Positions 59,738 to 64,000 of a stretch of DNA of 64,000 bases are shown here, piece after piece. Source of the stretch: Tepidisphaera sp. (GTDB lineage Bacteria > Planctomycetota > Phycisphaerae > Phycisphaerales > UBA1924); NCBI GenBank assembly GCA_050916045.1, contig CP051526.1, positions 2,496,001 to 2,560,000 on the forward strand. The letters run 5' to 3'. The notes under the pieces are model-generated. The model worked only from the letters and a program-made list of their open reading frames with translations. It ran no database searches and was not told the origin of the DNA. Position 1 is the first letter of the stretch, and every line of letters starts with the position of its first letter. Position numbers and translations under genes: made by a program.

Positions 59738-62700
59738 TCAGCAACCCGTCTCAAACGCACCGACAAAGGCGTCGTAGTCAAAGAAGTCGATGAACCCGTC
59801 CGCGTTGAAGTCCGCATCCGGCGTCCCCGATTCAAACGCTCCGACAAACCCGTCGTAGTCAAAGAAATCCACGAATCCGTCCTGATTGAAGTCCGCCGCG
59901 CACGGCACCGCGAACGAGACACCTGTGATCGTGAACGAGTCCGTCAACTCACCCGCCTCGATCGTGATTTCGCTGATGCTCGCCGGAGAGGCGGCGCCAC
60001 CGTCCCAGACCAGGCTCGTGATATCGATGAGGCCCAAACCGGGAGCGTGAAGCTTCGTCCCCGTCGGGAACCCGTTGAACAACCCATGGCCGCCCGAGGA
60101 TGTAGGCATCCACCCCGCTCGCCCCGGCAACCTGTTGACTCGAACCGACGCAGCCTGTGCCGGTGTGAACGTCGCGACCACGGTCGGGCCGTTGTATGCC
60201 ACGCACGCGATTCCCGGCGGCACGGTGAACTCCTGAGCGATCCACGTTCCCTGCCCGTCCGGGGGAACTCCCGTGTCGCTCCGATACGTGACGCTCGGGC
60301 TCGTGCCCGGCGGGAGATCCCCACCCGAGGCTGTGAACGAAGCGAGCATGATGCCCCAATCCGATCCCAGAAGGTCCAGATCGCCGTTCTCGTCAAAGGG
60401 GATGAACTCCAGTTCGACGAACTCGGCATCGGCAAACCTCACGTTTTGAATGGTGTTCTTCACGGTGTCGTGCTTCGTGACGAGCACGCTCGAGGCCTCT
60501 GCATGAATCCTGCTCCCCTCGCCGCCTTGGAACTGGGCACCCATCGACCACACCAGCAGTTCATCGAACTCGACCAAGTCGACGCCAGACGCCGCAAACC
60601 GGACGCTCTGCACTCCGGTCACCGGGTTCACAGGCCCCTCCGGCGTGAAACGAACCTCGGTCACGGACGGGAAGAGAGTCCCCTGAAGCAGCGCCTGCTC
60701 GGGATCGTTCCAGGTCACGCTCGACCACACGAAGAAGAGGTTGGCCGGATCGTTGCAGTGCCAATCCGTGTGCCAGTTGTTCCCGATCATGAAGCAGGGC
60801 TGCCCGGTCGGCACACCCGACACCGACGCGACCATCGTCGAACCGTTGAACAGCTCGACTCGGTTGGTCGGCCTCCCCGCGTCGCAGGTGAACGCCACCT
60901 GATTGCTCGACGTCTTTGTCGCCACAATCCGCGAGATCATCGATTCGGGAACATCCGACACGACGCCCGATGCGACAATCTCGACCGTCGAACCCACCGG
61001 CGAGGAAGCAAAGGGCGATGTCGCCCAGTGCAGGTCCGCTCCGCTTCCGGAGCCTACATCAAACTCCACCCCGCCACCGCCGCCGCTTTGGCCAGTACCG
61101 GTCATTTCGAGCCGGTTCATCGCATTCACGTTCGCCGAAGCCGCGCCGAACTCGCTGAAGCCGAAACCCGCCCACACCGGCCGTCGCGGGCACGTCCACA
61201 GGTACAGACGAGCATAATCGACCGCCGTGTCGTCCTGGACGAAGAGGTCAGGCCAAGATCCGGCTGTATTCAGATCCGCGATCATGTTGTACGTGCCGGA
61301 CTGCAAGCCCCCCGCCGTGTAGATCGGCAACGCGCTCAGGTCCAGGAGGAACGTCGTCGCGGCATGCCCCGCGTTCCAACTCCCGCCCGATGCGGGAAGA
61401 TTCGCGAACGAGACACTCCAGAGCCCGCCGCCGGTCCGTGTGAAGTCCGAGATGCCAAACGTGTCATTGGATGCACCACCGGACAACGGCATAGCCCTGA
61501 ACTCAAGCACCGCCTTGGTGATCTTCGTGCGAGCCCCCCCGGGAATGCTGAATGAAGTGCCGAACACCTTGTTGCTGACGGTCTGGTCAAAGACCGCCGT
61601 CGCCAACAGCGGCCGTAAGCGGAGGAACTCGGGCGCCAGCGCCGGTGCCGGCTCAACGTAGACAGAACCGAACGAATCCCCGTACCCGCCGCCTATCTGG
61701 TACGAGGCGTAGAAGCTGTCAAAGTGATGCGTCTCTCTCAGGCAACCTGTGGCACCCACGCCACCGTTAAGCACAACTCGCTGCTCCTTGCGGTCCCAAC
61801 TCATCGAGTGTGCCCATCGCTGGGAGGGCATCACCGGCGGCGTGGCGTTATTGAACGTGAGTCCGTCATACGACCACATCGTGTTCGTGAGCACCCCGGC
61901 AGTTCCGCAGAACACTCGCTTACCACCTACGATGAGAATCCGCCCGCATGCGCTGTCGTACACCATCGCATGTTCATAGAGATCCGCGCCCGAAGGAGCG
62001 AGCACGCTTGTCACATGAGTCCACACGCCGTTGCTGTACTCCGCAATGTCTTCAGTCGAGTAACCGCAAGGGCCGGGCCCACAGAATGTCGAACCCACCC
62101 CACCGTACATAACGATCGTATTCCGTGACTCGTCCAGTGCCATGGCGTGCGAATGCCGAGAAAACGGCATCGACGCCTCCGCGGCAAGCGACGAACCGTT
62201 CCAGCTGAAGCAGGCGTTCGTTGACTGGCACCCGCCAGCCAGATTCTGCTGCCCGCCCGCGATGATCACCTTCTTGCTGATCGAGTCGTACGCCATCGCG
62301 TGCTGCCAGAGAGGCCCCGCCGCGCAGCCCGTACACCTCAGATTCCAAACCCAATCCGATCCATTGAATCGCAACTCCCAGAGATCGTCGTAGAGCGTCC
62401 CGAACTGGTCCGCCCCGCCGTACATCACGATCACACCTCTCACAGGGTCGTACGCCATCGCGTGACCGAACCTGGCTGCGGGCTGTGGAGTAACGGGCGT
62501 CGCCCGAACCCAGGTGTAGTTCTTTCGCAGCCATAGCTCGTTCAGTTCCGCACCGTTGCAGTCCGCGCCGCCCCACAGAACAGTCACCTGATTCGCGAGG
62601 TCGTACACCATCGCGCTGTCCGACGACGCTGTCGGCTGAATCGCGGCTGCCGACTCTTGCTTCCATGTGTCGCAGCACCCGCTCGGCAAGCTACCGCACG

Positions 62701-63826
62701 TCGGCCCGTTGAGCACATGGCTCTGAAACCCAAAGCCACTCCCGCCCAACGCGTCGAATAGCGCCGTCGTCACACCCGATGTCACGCTGCTGAAGCACAC
62801 CGACACTGTAAAGTTGAACAGGCACTGGGTCGCCGAGTTCATCCGCGTCCCAGAGGGCAGTTCCCACTGAACCGTCGTGCCACCCGGGGTGTACGTCACC
62901 GTGCTTCCCGCAGGCATGGTACCGATCGTCGCAGAACTAACGGTCGTGCCAGGCGGCAACGTCATCACGACGCCCGGAAAGCCGCCCCCACTCTTCTGGC
63001 CGAGATCGAACTCATAGCAACACCCACCAACACTCCGAGGCGTAACGCACAGCGACGGATTCTCCTCCATCATCACCGCATTCGACCAGTCCCGCGCCAC
63101 CGTCACCTCGTCGATCTCCGCCGTGATCGTCGAACCCACCGCCCCCATCTCCATCAGCACCTTCGGGATATTGTCGAAGTTGTTGTACCCGATCGCCCGA
63201 ATGTCCGCCGTCTCCGTCGATGGTGCTTCGGCCGTCAGCGGCGGATTCACCCACAGGTACACATCATCCGCCCCCGCGCGAAAGTCCACCCGCATCACAA
63301 GCAGCGACTGTTCGGTCGCGGGCACCGTCGACTGCCGCTTCGTCGTCCCTGGCCCACCGTCAATACCCCAGTTCGGCAGGCCGTACGGCTTGCCCATGTA
63401 CAGAAACGTCGTCGGCCCCGTCGGAAGCCGCAACCCGGCAAACGTGTTCGCCGACGCCCCAGCCGTCTGCTTCGCCAACATCGAAACCCACACGCTCGTC
63501 CCCGGTTCGCCCAGCGGCGCGACATTCATCGTCCGCTGCGAGATCGCGGAGTTCGAAACGACCTTGTTCCCCCGAGCGGCGACCTCGAGCCCGTTCGAGG
63601 AGTACCGCAAGCTCCCCGCACCCACCTGCCAGTTGCCGTCCCACGGAGACGCCCATCCCGACCCGCCGGGGACGTACTGCGGAAGCAACAGCCCGGGCGG
63701 CGAGTACTCAAAGCTCTCCGAGGCGATCGGCTGCCCCATCGCCGCGCCCGCCGCAGCCATCACGACTCCCGCTGTCACACCCGAACCCCAATTCCATCGC
63801 TTCGAACCATGATCGATACGCTTCAT
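59738..63826 (-). CDS. Large secreted multidomain protein with Kelch propeller and GC-type dockerin
   Basis: GAGGAG RBS, signal peptide, repeated HAMAYD...GG Kelch blades, C-terminal CAADFNQDGFVDFFD...AFETGC. Confidence 0.85.
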   Translation of the reverse strand: MKRIDHGSKRWNWGSGVTAGVVMAAAGAAMGQPIASESFEYSPPGLLLPQYVPGGSGWASPWDGNWQVGAGSLRYSSNGLEVAARGNKVVSNSAISQRTMNVAPLGEPGTSVWVSMLAKQTAGASANTFAGLRLPTGPTTFLYMGKPYGLPNWGIDGGPGTTKRQSTVPATEQSLLVMRVDFRAGADDVYLWVNPPLTAEAPSTETADIRAIGYNNFDNIPKVLMEMGAVGSTITAEIDEVTVARDWSNAVMMEENPSLCVTPRSVGGCCYEFDLGQKSGGGFPGVVMTLPPGTTVSSATIGTMPAGSTVTYTPGGTTVQWELPSGTRMNSATQCLFNFTVSVCFSSVTSGVTTALFDALGGSGFGFQSHVLNGPTCGSLPSGCCDTWKQESAAAIQPTASSDSAMVYDLANQVTVLWGGADCNGAELNELWLRKNYTWVRATPVTPQPAARFGHAMAYDPVRGVIVMYGGADQFGTLYDDLWELRFNGSDWVWNLRCTGCAAGPLWQHAMAYDSISKKVIIAGGQQNLAGGCQSTNACFSWNGSSLAAEASMPFSRHSHAMALDESRNTIVMYGGVGSTFCGPGPCGYSTEDIAEYSNGVWTHVTSVLAPSGADLYEHAMVYDSACGRILIVGGKRVFCGTAGVLTNTMWSYDGLTFNNATPPVMPSQRWAHSMSWDRKEQRVVLNGGVGATGCLRETHHFDSFYASYQIGGGYGDSFGSVYVEPAPALAPEFLRLRPLLATAVFDQTVSNKVFGTSFSIPGGARTKITKAVLEFRAMPLSGGASNDTFGISDFTRTGGGLWSVSFANLPASGGSWNAGHAATTFLLDLSALPIYTAGGLQSGTYNMIADLNTAGSWPDLFVQDDTAVDYARLYLWTCPRRPVWAGFGFSEFGAASANVNAMNRLEMTGTGQSGGGGGVEFDVGSGSGADLHWATSPFASSPVGSTVEIVASGVVSDVPESMISRIVATKTSSNQVAFTCDAGRPTNRVELFNGSTMVASVSGVPTGQPCFMIGNNWHTDWHCNDPANLFFVWSSVTWNDPEQALLQGTLFPSVTEVRFTPEGPVNPVTGVQSVRFAASGVDLVEFDELLVWSMGAQFQGGEGSRIHAEASSVLVTKHDTVKNTIQNVRFADAEFVELEFIPFDENGDLDLLGSDWGIMLASFTASGGDLPPGTSPSVTYRSDTGVPPDGQGTWIAQEFTVPPGIACVAYNGPTVVATFTPAQAASVRVNRLPGRAGWMPTSSGGHGLFNGFPTGTKLHAPGLGLIDITSLVWDGGAASPASISEITIEAGELTDSFTITGVSFAVPCAADFNQDGFVDFFDYDGFVGAFESGTPDADFNADGFIDFFDYDAFVGAFETGC

Positions 63827-64000
63827 AGAGCACTCCTCGCGACGATTGGGACTTCCCCTCCATGGAGAGATCCACTGCCGCTGCGATGGCTGTGCCGCCG
63901 CCCACCAAACCTTGCAAAAAACCGCCTTCCGCCTCCAAGAAACGTTCCAGCACCCCCACCGCCTCGCCCTTCCCAACCTCCGCATCACCGCACCACCTCC

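Overview
High-GC bacterial chromosome segment, most consistent with a Planctomycetota (Phycisphaerales-like) genome. This is inferred from four proteins ending in a GC-type dockerin domain, a PTPG-CTERM sorting signal, an ECF sigma/Ser-Thr kinase pair and an rpsF-ssb-rplI operon lacking rpsR. The window is mostly housekeeping: rplT, tsf, rpsB, motAB, pdhB, ribH-nusB-ftsY, rsmH, thrS, nrdR, hpt, coaE, rho, hpf-ptsN-ptsH, glmU/prs-rplY-pth-rpsF-ssb-rplI, SNF2-SWIM, waaA, pdhC and five tRNAs, interspersed with accessory secreted proteins. No CRISPR array, integrase or transposase is visible. The most notable observations are: (1) a three-unit tandem structured RNA at about 1680-1950 with covarying hairpins, anti-Shine-Dalgarno linkers, a terminator and a sigma54-like promoter; (2) a Thr-rich leader peptide with attenuator upstream of thrS; (3) a window-wide signature of leaderless transcription; (4) Rho with a prion-like insert; (5) GlmU-Prs and PH-CoaE fusions; (6) two genes with single in-frame stops and a possible -1 frameshift at a kinase start; (7) a lower-GC HEPN/MauJ gene next to REP-like repeats. 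All calls come from reading the sequence; no database searches were run.
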